A program made the translations under genes and the position numbers. 64,000 nt of DNA. It comes from an uncultured virus (IMG/VR IMGVR_UViG_3300012012_002042) (lineage: Duplodnaviria; Heunggongvirae; Uroviricota; Caudoviricetes). Under the pieces are notes generated by a model. It did no database searches and was not told the origin of the DNA. It was given only the letters and a program-made list of their open reading frames with translations. Where the stretch lies: IMG/VR virus record IMGVR_UViG_3300012012_002042; one strand, written 5' to 3'. This document shows, piece by piece, positions 51,164-61,292 of this stretch (the first letter of the stretch is position 1; each line of letters opens with the position of its first letter).

Positions 51164-53974
51164 ATGATTCTGAACTACACCTACCCGCAGACCCGGCTCT
51201 TTCAATTCTTGCAGAACGTCACTGCAGGCGCCTCCGGGCGAGTGAATCCGCTGATCATCGCCCCACATTACACGCTCTCCCGCAGCGGCGTTGAAAGCCT
51301 GGTGCCGACCACCGCATTCTCCACGACAGGCTCGACTATCCCGTTCCAATACTACGATTCGAGCGGCACCCTCAAAACGAAATCCGCGACTCAATCCGCC
51401 GATCTCGACTTCGCCGACGCTTCCGGCTCGAATCTCTACGGCACCGGCCTGGAAGCCAGTGTCGCCACCGTCGCCTCTCCGACCATCACCTCCGCGATCA
51501 CCTCTGACTCCGTGGTTGCCCCTTCCGATAATTGGGTCGGCGGCACTCTGGAAACCGATCTCTCCGGACGCCCCGTGCAAGTCGGCGACATCGCCTACGT
51601 CACCTACAACGGCGGTACGATCCGGCGCAAGGTGACGGGATTCCGAGGGGTGAGCGCAGCGGCCACGACCGGCAGTCCTGCGCAGGGCACCTACAATGCG
51701 GTCACTGCGGCGAGTTCCACCATCGCGCTGGTTTCCACCACGGCCGGCTCCGGCACGTGGGCGACATTGACCACGGGTGATTTGATGAACGGCGCGCAGA
51801 CAGGCGCTCTCATCGCGGGTAATTTCGTCGGCGATACTTTCACCTTCACGGTGGTTTCGCAGTCCAGTTCCGCAGGATACCTCTGTGTGGTGAATGTCAC
51901 TTCGGCCAGCGGCCTTTATTCTGGCCAACTCACCTGCGCCAGCCGCGCAAACAATACGGCGAATCTCGTTTTCACCGGCACTACGGCGACGATGGGTGGT
52001 GCGACCGTAATTACGCTCGATCGCACGGCCCTCGCTCGAGAACTCGTGGCGAACGATGTCCTCGTGTTCACCTACAAGCAGAAGTTTACACGCATCGTCA
52101 CGACTTCGTCCGGCACCTACACCGGCGCGGCAAACACAACATTCCTCGTCTCGGTGCTCGCGTCTGCGTGCAATGCCAACAACGCAACCCCGGCGACGTC
52201 CGTGGCGACTCTGCAGATCTCGGACACAGCCGGCCTGATCACTCCGTTCAATATCGCGAGCTCGGCATTGTCTGGCACTACGAAGTCCCTTGGGTTCGGT
52301 GTGTCCATCATCTTCCCGTCGTTCGCCTCTGGCATGCCGCAGGGAGCACTCCGCGTGGGAGACGTTTACACGATCGCCTGCGTGGCGGCTACCAACAGCA
52401 CCACCGAGTTCGACAAAGTTTTGCTCGACGGGCCGGCCATCGATGTTTCGGTGCCAGGATCATATCCGGTCACGTTGACCGACATCGAATTCCGGCAACC
52501 CTTCGCCGGTGCAATTCCGGCCACGGCGGGCTGGACTCTCACCGCGGATGGTGTGGATGTCCCGAATGCGATGGGCATTCCCGCCGCGGTGATGGCAGTT
52601 TCCTTCGCAGGCTGGACTGGTGGCACTGCGGAATTTGCGAACGCAAAAGGAACGCTCGCTCTCTACTACCGCCTGCTCAATATTGCGCCTTCGACCGAGG
52701 GTCTGATTCCGTTCACTGCGGAGTCCGACATCGCGGCGAGTCTCGGCGTGAATGACATGGCGAACGACATGGGCTTCGGCGCGCGGGAAATGCTGAACGG
52801 CGCTCAGAATCAGGTCACCTGTTACGCCCTGCGCGTGAACGGGCGGGACGCGACGGCTTTCGCGGCGGCGCTCGTCAAAGTAGAAAATTCAAATCTCGTG
52901 TATGCCTTCGCGGCAGTGACCGATGACTTCGAAGCCGCTGTGGTGACTGCTGAGCATTGCGACACGATGTCTGGTCCGACCAAAAAGCAATTCCGTCGCT
53001 GCTACGTCGGCACCGATAGCCCCGGGGCGCGCGCGGCAGTATCCGGACTCTCCGCGAACATCAACAGCGGCGGCCTGGTGACCTTCAATGCTCTGGCTTC
53101 CGGAACTGATTTCACCACGCTCGGTCTTACGACCGGCTCGGATTACATCACGGTAAGCATTTCCGGCAGCGTCGTGAATCTCACGATTCTCACTGTGTCT
53201 GCCACGGATCTGACGGTCACTCCGCCGACGCCCTCGGGCAGCTACATGTCGGCCTGCGTCATCATGTTTGCGGACACGCCGCTGAACAATGCGAACTTCG
53301 TGATCGCAAACTCGAAGGCGCTGGCCAGCCGGCGCGCGGCCAATGTGTGGGTGGAGAATGGCGCCACAACTGTTAACGGTGTCACCACAGTCATCCCGAA
53401 TCGTTTCCTCGCCGCGCACATCGCAGGCCTCCGCTGCGCATTGCTCCCGCAGCAGGGTCTGACACGTACGCAAGTCACGACGATCACGAATGCGCCGAAC
53501 ATGTATCTGCGCTATTCCAATACGCTGCTCGACACGATCGCGGCCAACGGCACGTGGATTGTCACGCAGGAATCCGAAGGATCCGACGTGTATATCCGGC
53601 ATCAGCTGACCTCGTCCACTACCGAGGGCGCTCTCGCCTACGAGGACTCCGTCGGTGTCGGTGTCGATGTGCTCTCGAACCAGACCGTGACCGTGGTGAA
53701 CAAATATATCGGCGTCAAGAACCTCACTCCGGAAACCATGACGGACATGCGGAACGAATTGCACGATATCTACACGAGTGCCACGCAGTCCAGCTACGGC
53801 AACGACGCCGGCCCGCTTCTACGCGCGTTCAGCGGGCTGCAGATCGTTCCTGACGCGATTCTCAAAGACCGCGCACGCATACTGGTCACCTGGGTGTTCT
53901 CGCTCCCGTTCAACATCGGGGATATTTACGTCAACGTCGTCCAGGACGTCACTCTGGCTCCCGTCATCTCCTAA
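51164..53974 (+). CDS. contractile tail sheath protein
   Basis: 936 aa; C-terminal HC..MS, AGLR....PQQGLT, LDTIAANGTWIVTQ, IRHQLT, PFN core with inserted beta domains. Confidence 0.85.
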   Translation: MILNYTYPQTRLFQFLQNVTAGASGRVNPLIIAPHYTLSRSGVESLVPTTAFSTTGSTIPFQYYDSSGTLKTKSATQSADLDFADASGSNLYGTGLEASVATVASPTITSAITSDSVVAPSDNWVGGTLETDLSGRPVQVGDIAYVTYNGGTIRRKVTGFRGVSAAATTGSPAQGTYNAVTAASSTIALVSTTAGSGTWATLTTGDLMNGAQTGALIAGNFVGDTFTFTVVSQSSSAGYLCVVNVTSASGLYSGQLTCASRANNTANLVFTGTTATMGGATVITLDRTALARELVANDVLVFTYKQKFTRIVTTSSGTYTGAANTTFLVSVLASACNANNATPATSVATLQISDTAGLITPFNIASSALSGTTKSLGFGVSIIFPSFASGMPQGALRVGDVYTIACVAATNSTTEFDKVLLDGPAIDVSVPGSYPVTLTDIEFRQPFAGAIPATAGWTLTADGVDVPNAMGIPAAVMAVSFAGWTGGTAEFANAKGTLALYYRLLNIAPSTEGLIPFTAESDIAASLGVNDMANDMGFGAREMLNGAQNQVTCYALRVNGRDATAFAAALVKVENSNLVYAFAAVTDDFEAAVVTAEHCDTMSGPTKKQFRRCYVGTDSPGARAAVSGLSANINSGGLVTFNALASGTDFTTLGLTTGSDYITVSISGSVVNLTILTVSATDLTVTPPTPSGSYMSACVIMFADTPLNNANFVIANSKALASRRAANVWVENGATTVNGVTTVIPNRFLAAHIAGLRCALLPQQGLTRTQVTTITNAPNMYLRYSNTLLDTIAANGTWIVTQESEGSDVYIRHQLTSSTTEGALAYEDSVGVGVDVLSNQTVTVVNKYIGVKNLTPETMTDMRNELHDIYTSATQSSYGNDAGPLLRAFSGLQIVPDAILKDRARILVTWVFSLPFNIGDIYVNVVQDVTLAPVIS

Positions 53975-53992
53975 TCCACCACCTCACTCATT

Positions 53993-54451
53993 ATGATCGA
54001 CATCTTTGGTTACGAAAAAACAATCGAAGGCCCCGGCGCAATTCTCACGTCGGAGTTTGCCAATGTTTCGCTCGGCGGTCGCATGGCGCTCGTCCAGTCT
54101 TGCCAGGCACAGTATGCCCGCCAAATCCAGTCGATGTTCGAAGCCGGCGCTTCCGTGGTTTATTACAATCAGGGCGCCAGCGAAGGGAACATCAACGTGA
54201 ACGCGGCCGTCGGCTCGAAGGGGTTCTTCGTGAACTTCAATAATCTCTCGGGCAGCTGTGGAGCCATCGACAAGGTCTCCATCGACGTACGCACAGGCAA
54301 TGGGTGTCTGAAGGGTGGCGGCGGTGGTATCAGCTTTGCGGGCGCCATGGCCGAGAGTTTCAATGTCTCGTTCCAGTCCGGCCCTGTGGCTGTGACGGAG
54401 GGCGTTGGCATTCGCGTTGGGGCGATGAGCGTCCGCAGCGCCACGACGTAA
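53993..54451 (+). CDS. tail tube protein
   Basis: 152-aa beta-rich ORF after the sheath; LVQS.Q.QY.RQIQ.MFEAG...YY..G...G. Confidence 0.7.
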   Translation: MIDIFGYEKTIEGPGAILTSEFANVSLGGRMALVQSCQAQYARQIQSMFEAGASVVYYNQGASEGNINVNAAVGSKGFFVNFNNLSGSCGAIDKVSIDVRTGNGCLKGGGGGISFAGAMAESFNVSFQSGPVAVTEGVGIRVGAMSVRSATT

Positions 54452-54475
54452 ACCTGATTCTGCCCACCAGGGCCG

Positions 54476-56932
54476 ATGAAAAAATCCGATGAATCAGCTG
54501 CTCAGAATGCGCAAACTCGAAGCCTGGAAAACGGCCGGGTTTACACTGGTAGGGTAGCGCAATTCTCCGGCGGAAGAACGAAGGTTTATTCCGTCCAGGT
54601 CGGAGGCATGAATTCCCTGCTGCGGAATTGCAAATATGCCACGTCCTACATCGCAGGCATGCTGGGGATCAACAGTGAGTTCACCTTGCCGGAAGGGACA
54701 CCGGTGGCCGTGGTGCCAGGCTCTCCGAATCTGATCATCGCAGCCTATCTGGATCAGCCCGGCGACCCGAACACCCGGAAGATTCATTCCGCAACCACGG
54801 AGCGAGGCGCGCGTACTGATCTGAATGCTTACGACCCTGATGTGGATCCAGGCACTCCTGTGCGGGATGGTGGCGATCTGCCGAGCGATCTGCTTCCTGG
54901 GGAATTGGATCTCACGAATTTATTTGGGGTTGGCTTGCAGATGCTGTTCGGATTTTCCAAGCTGGTGGCGGGTGAGCATGCCAAAGTGGAGGCCCATCTC
55001 TACAACGACATGGTGCGTATTGTGGATCGGGTTTTCAAGCATCACTCCGCAATTGGTGATCAGGAGATTTACAACGACGGACGTCTCAATGAAGAAACTC
55101 ATCAGACCAGCTACCCGCATGAGGTGTTCGGCATCAATTCGCCAAAGGATCGGAAACTGCAAGCCGACATCACTGGTGTGCCAGCGGTGGAAGATGTGCT
55201 CGATCATGCGCGCTGGCGTTTCTCGGAATACAAAGGGTTCCTCGGCGGATTCATCAATCGGTTCGTCACCGATCCCGTTGCCGTCATGGCGGAGTCAGGT
55301 TCTCAGGCGATGCGCAGCGGTAAATTCCGGGAGTATGTGGGCAACGACGGAACCATGCTGGTGCAGTCGGTTTCGGAAATTGCTTTCGAACGGGTGCATC
55401 GTATTCCGGTGCCGTATCGGAATAAACGGCACGAGGATCCTACCGGGATGAAGGCTGCTGATTTTGAAAATCTCGAGCAGGATTTTCTGACCGTATGGAG
55501 TCAGCCGAAGAACCCATTGGACATGTATCAGACGTGTTTCCAACTCCGGGAATATGCGCGCTACCTCGCACAGTTTCAGTCGATGGCCCGCTTTCATCAG
55601 CTGGCCAAGAAAGGAGAATTCACAGTCCCGTCGGAATCGGACACACCAGCTCCGGAATGGACCTCGAAGGAAGCGGACGCTGAGACCGCCAATAAGACGA
55701 GCCCGCGCTCCTCCTATGATGTTTATGCCACCATTCGCATCATGAAAGATGGCTCCATTCTTATCTGGGACGGCACTGGCGGCGGCAGTGTTTATTCGCA
55801 CGGGAATATTTACCACTCCGCCACACGCAACATGCGCCTGACAGCTGGCGGGGATATCAGCGTGGAGGCAGGACAGAACATCTACATGAAGGCCCGTCGC
55901 AGTGTGGAATTGTCGGCTGTCTTCGGAGGCATCCGAATGAAAGCCCGCGCATTCTTCCACATGCTCTGCGAACTGGGAACCCTGTGGCTCAAATCGGATG
56001 CTTCGGATCCGAGTGCAAAGGGATTCGAGACGCCGGCCATTACGAACCCGGAGGAAGATCCGGAGGTGATTCTCAATGACGCCGCCATCCTCATGGAGAC
56101 ATCGCGGGGCCGCATGACTTTTGATTCCAAACGCACCCTGATGCTATCCGTCTCAGGAGCTCCGGACGACAATGGTCCGAACGACATTTCCGGCTCTGTG
56201 GTAATCCAGTCGACGTTGGGAGGTATCATCACGCATGCGAAGACGGGTATGGCCTTCACGGTTTCAGAGGGGTGGATGCTGCTCAAATCTCAGGCCCGCT
56301 CCATCGTGATGCAGGCTGCCAATGTTTTTGCCGAGGTGCGTCAGAGTTTCCGAGTTGGCAAAGGGTTTGATGTGACAGGCGGGGAAGTTCGGGCGAGGCG
56401 GGGACGTTTCCGTAGCGTGTCGGCTATTGGAAGCATTCTCTCGCGTAGCGGGCACGTGAGCAAAATTCCCGAGGATCAATTGGTGAATTACGATCCTACG
56501 CCTGCACAGAACGACAAGCTTACGGAGGACACAGCAGTCACGGATCAGGTGATCGTGACACCGATGAAATTATTTCCTGTGATGGGCAATCTGTCATTCC
56601 GTTTCGACACATTCGCCTCCTACGTTCCGGACGATGACATCTTCATGGAATCTCTGGCGCAGCAATTTGTCCGGCTGGATATTCCGAACACTCCGTGGAC
56701 GGGGCAATGGGGATTTACGAATCCTGAAAGTGAAAAACTGCTGCAGGCCGACAACGTGTCAGTGTCAGCGCCGTTCCCGGGATCTGGTGCGAACTGCAAA
56801 CAGCACACAGGCGGGGAGTCGTTGTTTCTTCCTTCCTCGAAGTCAGGGCGCGCGCTGAATGTGAACACGGACTTGAAAAAGGCGAAATATCAGTTTGCGT
56901 ATCTGAAGCGCGGGTCTAAATATCGGGTCTAA
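54476..56932 (+). CDS. putative baseplate spike (gp5/VgrG-like) protein
   Basis: OB-fold-like start (YTGRV..LPEGTPV) and beta-helix-like repeats (IRIMKDGSILIWDGTGG...AGGDISVEAGQNI). Confidence 0.55.
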   Translation: MKKSDESAAQNAQTRSLENGRVYTGRVAQFSGGRTKVYSVQVGGMNSLLRNCKYATSYIAGMLGINSEFTLPEGTPVAVVPGSPNLIIAAYLDQPGDPNTRKIHSATTERGARTDLNAYDPDVDPGTPVRDGGDLPSDLLPGELDLTNLFGVGLQMLFGFSKLVAGEHAKVEAHLYNDMVRIVDRVFKHHSAIGDQEIYNDGRLNEETHQTSYPHEVFGINSPKDRKLQADITGVPAVEDVLDHARWRFSEYKGFLGGFINRFVTDPVAVMAESGSQAMRSGKFREYVGNDGTMLVQSVSEIAFERVHRIPVPYRNKRHEDPTGMKAADFENLEQDFLTVWSQPKNPLDMYQTCFQLREYARYLAQFQSMARFHQLAKKGEFTVPSESDTPAPEWTSKEADAETANKTSPRSSYDVYATIRIMKDGSILIWDGTGGGSVYSHGNIYHSATRNMRLTAGGDISVEAGQNIYMKARRSVELSAVFGGIRMKARAFFHMLCELGTLWLKSDASDPSAKGFETPAITNPEEDPEVILNDAAILMETSRGRMTFDSKRTLMLSVSGAPDDNGPNDISGSVVIQSTLGGIITHAKTGMAFTVSEGWMLLKSQARSIVMQAANVFAEVRQSFRVGKGFDVTGGEVRARRGRFRSVSAIGSILSRSGHVSKIPEDQLVNYDPTPAQNDKLTEDTAVTDQVIVTPMKLFPVMGNLSFRFDTFASYVPDDDIFMESLAQQFVRLDIPNTPWTGQWGFTNPESEKLLQADNVSVSAPFPGSGANCKQHTGGESLFLPSSKSGRALNVNTDLKKAKYQFAYLKRGSKYRV

Positions 56933-56934
56933 TT

Positions 56935-57735
56935 ATGAATGAATCCAGCACCACAAACCCCGATCAGAATCTCACCGACGACGAACTGGCCGCGCAGGCT
57001 GCTCAATTTCAGGGAAAGGTCATGGACCTCCTGAAATCAAATCCGCCAGCAGGATTCCCAGCCCCGGGTCACAAACTAGATCTGGACTCGGAAACGACCG
57101 CAGAAGTGGCTGCCGCGTTGGGTGACGTGCGCGGGAAAGACCAGGTCGCGACTCCCAGGGCCAACATTCCAATGGACCCGAAATGGTCCAAGAAAGTGGG
57201 CAACCCGCTGGAGGCGTTGTCGTGGGCCGCGGATACGTCCTGGCTCGACGATGTTACGGTGACGGACGAGGAGAAGTCCTTTTACTGGAAGGGGTTTATT
57301 CTCGATCAGGACGTGGTGTTCGACATCCCGTTGGAGGGAGCGAAGTCTTTCAAGATTCGTGTCCGCGGTCTGACTCAGGGCGACGAGGAACTGATCAACG
57401 CGGCAGTCCGGATGGATCAGGACACAGCCAAGGCGATCGGGTTGCAGGCGAGTCTGGATGCGCTGCAGCGTTACGCGGTCATGCTGCAGACCATGCAGTT
57501 CGACGGCGCCCCATTTCCCAGGTTCGAATCCCAAGTCGGGTATTCTGCGCAGGAGAATGTGCAGGCATTGCGCAGTTCGATGCAGACCGTGCTCGGGAAG
57601 ATGAACCCGAACAAGATCATGATGATTTGCCGGGCAATCATGATTTACGAGTGGAAGATCAAATTGTGCAACGACGCCGTTGCCAACCGGAAAGGCCCCA
57701 ACTCGGGTTTTTGGCCGGCCACCGTTACCGCCTGA
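56935..57735 (+). CDS. tail assembly chaperone (G-like)
   Basis: Between tube and tape measure; ends at a slippery site. Confidence 0.65.
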   Translation: MNESSTTNPDQNLTDDELAAQAAQFQGKVMDLLKSNPPAGFPAPGHKLDLDSETTAEVAAALGDVRGKDQVATPRANIPMDPKWSKKVGNPLEALSWAADTSWLDDVTVTDEEKSFYWKGFILDQDVVFDIPLEGAKSFKIRVRGLTQGDEELINAAVRMDQDTAKAIGLQASLDALQRYAVMLQTMQFDGAPFPRFESQVGYSAQENVQALRSSMQTVLGKMNPNKIMMICRAIMIYEWKIKLCNDAVANRKGPNSGFWPATVTA

Positions 57736-58103
57736 TTCTGGCTGCGTATCGCGGTGGCCGAACCTACGAGCCGGTAAAGCCGAGATACGAATATGGTATC
57801 CGGTCAATTCTGAGGGAGACGTTGTTGTTGGAGGCCGACGCGATCGATCGCGGGGCTCGGACTTTGATGCAGCAGGAGACGATGGAGTTAAATTTCATCC
57901 AGTTTTTGGATGCGAAAAAGGTGCGGGAAGAACTGCGCAATCGAATGCGGAAATTTGGATGGCTCCGTCAGCTCGTGGACATGAACCTCTACGCCAAAGA
58001 GCCGAACCCAACACTGTCCTCGGAATCCTTGGCGAAACTCTACATGGCGTTTGTAAAAGCCGGGATTTTAAGAGATGATGTGAAGGATACGACCCATGCC
58101 TGA
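57705..58103 (+). CDS. -1 frameshift extension of the tail chaperone (GT-like)
   Basis: G GGT TTT heptamer at 57705-57711; the -1 frame stays open to 58103. Confidence 0.7.
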   Translation, partial: GFLAGHRYRLILAAYRGGRTYEPVKPRYEYGIRSILRETLLLEADAIDRGARTLMQQETMELNFIQFLDAKKVREELRNRMRKFGWLRQLVDMNLYAKEPNPTLSSESLAKLYMAFVKAGILRDDVKDTTHA

Positions 58104-60768
58104 CTACGACGATCAGAATTACCAGGTCTCCTCTCAGTATTCCGGCCCAGGCGGCGCACCGTCGGAATATGAGCGGCTGGCCAATTATCAGCGGCAGCAG
58201 GCACAGCAGGAACAATTCCGCCGGCTGCGTGTGCAGGACACCCGCGTCAATATGGCCACCGCCATGGCTGCCCAGTTTCTGCACAAAGGTAATCAAGGAG
58301 CAGCAGCGGCCTGGATGACATCGGAGACGGGCAATGCCACCCGTGAACTGCTCGGGATGACCATCGGAAACGGACTGCTCGGTGGCGGAAGCGGAACGCA
58401 CATGGCCATGGGCGTGAGTCAAATGTTCGCCGCCTCGAACATGAGGATGAACATGGCCGGCAGACTGGGTGGCGGTACTGGGACGATGATTGGCGGCGGC
58501 GCCGTCACGGATTTGCTCGCACAGCAGGCGTTCAACCAGGTGCAGAATTCGATGTTCTCACCAGTGACCGGGTTGGGGAATACGGCGAAGACCTTCGGAT
58601 TCGACCGATCTCAGATGGGAGACATTTTCGCGACGATGGGCAACAATCGGATGTTCGCCGGGATGAAAGGCGGATCCGTGACCACCACCCCGCAGGGTGG
58701 AATATCCGCCCAATTGGATCCGCAGACACTCAAGCAAATCGAGGAGTCCTTCAAGGATACGGCGAAAATGCTGGCGGCCGTGAAAAATATCACCGGCAGC
58801 GACTCCATTCGCGATCTGGCCAAGGAAGCCCGCGCGCTGACTGGTCTCAGCATGGCAGGCACCGACGGCCCGAAAGCCATCACGGAGCGTCTTCGCAGGA
58901 TGTCGGATGCCGCGGACTTCATGGGCGTCAACTTGAATGACATGGCCCAACGCCAAGGGCAGCACATGGCGTTGCTGGGACAAATGGGAATCACTGGAGG
59001 CATGGCCGGAGCCATCAGCATGCAGGCGAATGATGACGTGGCTTCGGCTGCCTGGGGGCGGCGCGAAGAAGTCGCGCTGGGCAGACAGCGTGGTAAATTC
59101 GTGCGCGCCTATTCGGACTCTGAATTGAGTGCAATCACGCTGAGCTCACACGCGCGACTGCTGAAGGAGAACCCGGTGCTTTCGGAAGCGGGAGCCATTC
59201 TGAGTCAGGAAGGCTTCGGCACGGAGGGAACTAAATCGGCTCTGGAAAGTGCCATGCAGGATCTCGGGAATGCTACCACAGATTCGGAGCGTAGTGCGGC
59301 GCAGCAGAAGTTGGCGCAGGCCTACACAGCTCATTCTGGATTTGCGGCGGGAGCCATGACTCGCACGAAGGGTAGCGCTGAGGTGCGCAACATGATCAGC
59401 GCTGAGCAGCAGGACGCGATCGCGAATATCACGGGAAAATTGAGTCAGGGATTGGACAAGCAAGTGATTGCTTCCACGCAGAAGACGTTCAACACCGGCA
59501 TGGGCATAGCGGGAGCCGCGGATCTCGCCACGACGTTCATGGACAGTTTCAATGCTCAGAATAAATCTGAGATGCTCGATGCATTGGGCAGGGGTGATAC
59601 AGGGGCAGCCAAAACAATTATGACACAGAGCCGTGATGCTCTGATCAAATCAGGCGTGAAGGGAGAGGCACTGGACGCGCTTCAGAACGCCATGACGACG
59701 GACCCGACTAAAGTGGGTCAGATGCTGGATAAAACGATGAAGATGGCCAGGTCTCGCACGGCTGGGCACGTGGACAAGCAGACGCTCCGCGACCGAGCGG
59801 AACATGAGGACGCCATGTTCTGGCTGAAGCACAATATAGGTGCGGACAACAAGGTTCCGGGATCCTTCATGGAAAGCATGCTGGGCGGTTATCTTGGCGA
59901 CAAAACAATGACGGATCAGAACGTCATCAATTACCTCGAATCCACGAACAGCAAGGAAGTCACGACCATCAGAGATTTCAATGGCAATACGCCGGCGACA
60001 AAGGAGGGTGCGTTGGCAATGGCCAAGGCTCTGGGAACCTACGGGGATATTGGGAAGGCCCTTGGCGTCAAGGACGTCAATGACGGCGGGGAACTCCTCA
60101 CAGCCATGCAGACGCCAGAGGGAATGAGCAAACTGGCGAGGTTCATGCGCAACGGTGTCTCGTTCACCCGTGACGCGAATGGTGCGATGAAAATCGTCAG
60201 CAAAAAGGCAGCAGAGGAGACCATGCCTATTTTGGACGCCACGAAACATGCGCAGGAGATGCTGCAGTTGTCGGGGCAGTTGCAGGATGTTGACAGTATA
60301 GCTGGACCCATCCCCCGCGAAAACGCAAGAGAAGCCAATGCCGAGCTGATCAAGCAAACCGCGAAGGAATACACGGATCATGCAGCGGCGCTGAAAGCCG
60401 CGAAAAACCCGGGTGACCGAGCCGCGTTGGAAGTTGAGTTTTCCAAGAAAGAGGCTGCGAAAATAACCTCCAAATTTAATGAAGGCGGCTTCATGGACAA
60501 GGCCTCCGATATTAATTCGAAGGAATTCAGGAGCATAGCGGCCCTCTACCGCTCAAACCCTGGCACAATCAATGCGGCTCTCGCAGCGCAGCATGACGCG
60601 CTGGAAAAAGATACCGGCGGGGGCGCCGATCATCAGAAAGACGTCAAAAAGCAGCTGGCCGCCAATGAGAGACTGCAAGCAGCATTGCAGGGTGGCAGTA
60701 AAGATGTTGCCAAGGAAACATTAACTACCTTGAAATTGATCGAACAAAATACCAGGCAAGCAAAATGA
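58096..60768 (+). CDS. tape measure protein
   Basis: 890-aa Ala/Gly/Met-rich helical protein after the chaperone pair. Confidence 0.7.
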   Translation: MPDYDDQNYQVSSQYSGPGGAPSEYERLANYQRQQAQQEQFRRLRVQDTRVNMATAMAAQFLHKGNQGAAAAWMTSETGNATRELLGMTIGNGLLGGGSGTHMAMGVSQMFAASNMRMNMAGRLGGGTGTMIGGGAVTDLLAQQAFNQVQNSMFSPVTGLGNTAKTFGFDRSQMGDIFATMGNNRMFAGMKGGSVTTTPQGGISAQLDPQTLKQIEESFKDTAKMLAAVKNITGSDSIRDLAKEARALTGLSMAGTDGPKAITERLRRMSDAADFMGVNLNDMAQRQGQHMALLGQMGITGGMAGAISMQANDDVASAAWGRREEVALGRQRGKFVRAYSDSELSAITLSSHARLLKENPVLSEAGAILSQEGFGTEGTKSALESAMQDLGNATTDSERSAAQQKLAQAYTAHSGFAAGAMTRTKGSAEVRNMISAEQQDAIANITGKLSQGLDKQVIASTQKTFNTGMGIAGAADLATTFMDSFNAQNKSEMLDALGRGDTGAAKTIMTQSRDALIKSGVKGEALDALQNAMTTDPTKVGQMLDKTMKMARSRTAGHVDKQTLRDRAEHEDAMFWLKHNIGADNKVPGSFMESMLGGYLGDKTMTDQNVINYLESTNSKEVTTIRDFNGNTPATKEGALAMAKALGTYGDIGKALGVKDVNDGGELLTAMQTPEGMSKLARFMRNGVSFTRDANGAMKIVSKKAAEETMPILDATKHAQEMLQLSGQLQDVDSIAGPIPRENAREANAELIKQTAKEYTDHAAALKAAKNPGDRAALEVEFSKKEAAKITSKFNEGGFMDKASDINSKEFRSIAALYRSNPGTINAALAAQHDALEKDTGGGADHQKDVKKQLAANERLQAALQGGSKDVAKETLTTLKLIEQNTRQAK

Positions 60769-61289
60769 GTCTCATCACCAGCAGTCTAAAACTTTCCAGC
60801 CTCTCAGGGGGCAAAGGAGGAATGACCAACATTTTCCCTGCCCGCGGATGTCTCCTGCGGGTTGAGCAAGTGCAAGGGGACACCACAGGCTTCTACAAAT
60901 TGACGCCGCCGATCGGCAATGACAAAACTTCCCCCGTTCTGTTGTTGGGTGCAGATATTGCCGAGATGGATGTGCTGACACCGAAAACCACCCTCGGGGG
61001 TAAGCAGATAATTTTCCTGTTCGGAAAAGCCTTCGGGTCTGTGTCGATCCACGGAGCAATTCTGCTTGGAAACAGTCAGACTGGAAATGGGGCGGGAATG
61101 CGTAATGTGATCGACTGGTTCACGCAATTCAGGACCGCCACGAAGAAAGAGCCGGTGCAGCTCTCCGTGCCCGGCGGGCTGGCCTACAGCATTTATCTGC
61201 AGTCCCTCGCGCTCGGGCAACTGGACCCGAAATTCAATGTGCAAAATTTTGTGATCGGTGCTATCCCCGTCGAAACCAATTCCAACTGA
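60765..61289 (+). CDS. putative tube-initiator / baseplate protein
   Basis: Follows the tape measure; IFLFGKAFGSVSIHG tube-like pattern. Confidence 0.5.
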   Translation: MSLITSSLKLSSLSGGKGGMTNIFPARGCLLRVEQVQGDTTGFYKLTPPIGNDKTSPVLLLGADIAEMDVLTPKTTLGGKQIIFLFGKAFGSVSIHGAILLGNSQTGNGAGMRNVIDWFTQFRTATKKEPVQLSVPGGLAYSIYLQSLALGQLDPKFNVQNFVIGAIPVETNSN

Positions 61290-61292
61290 ACC

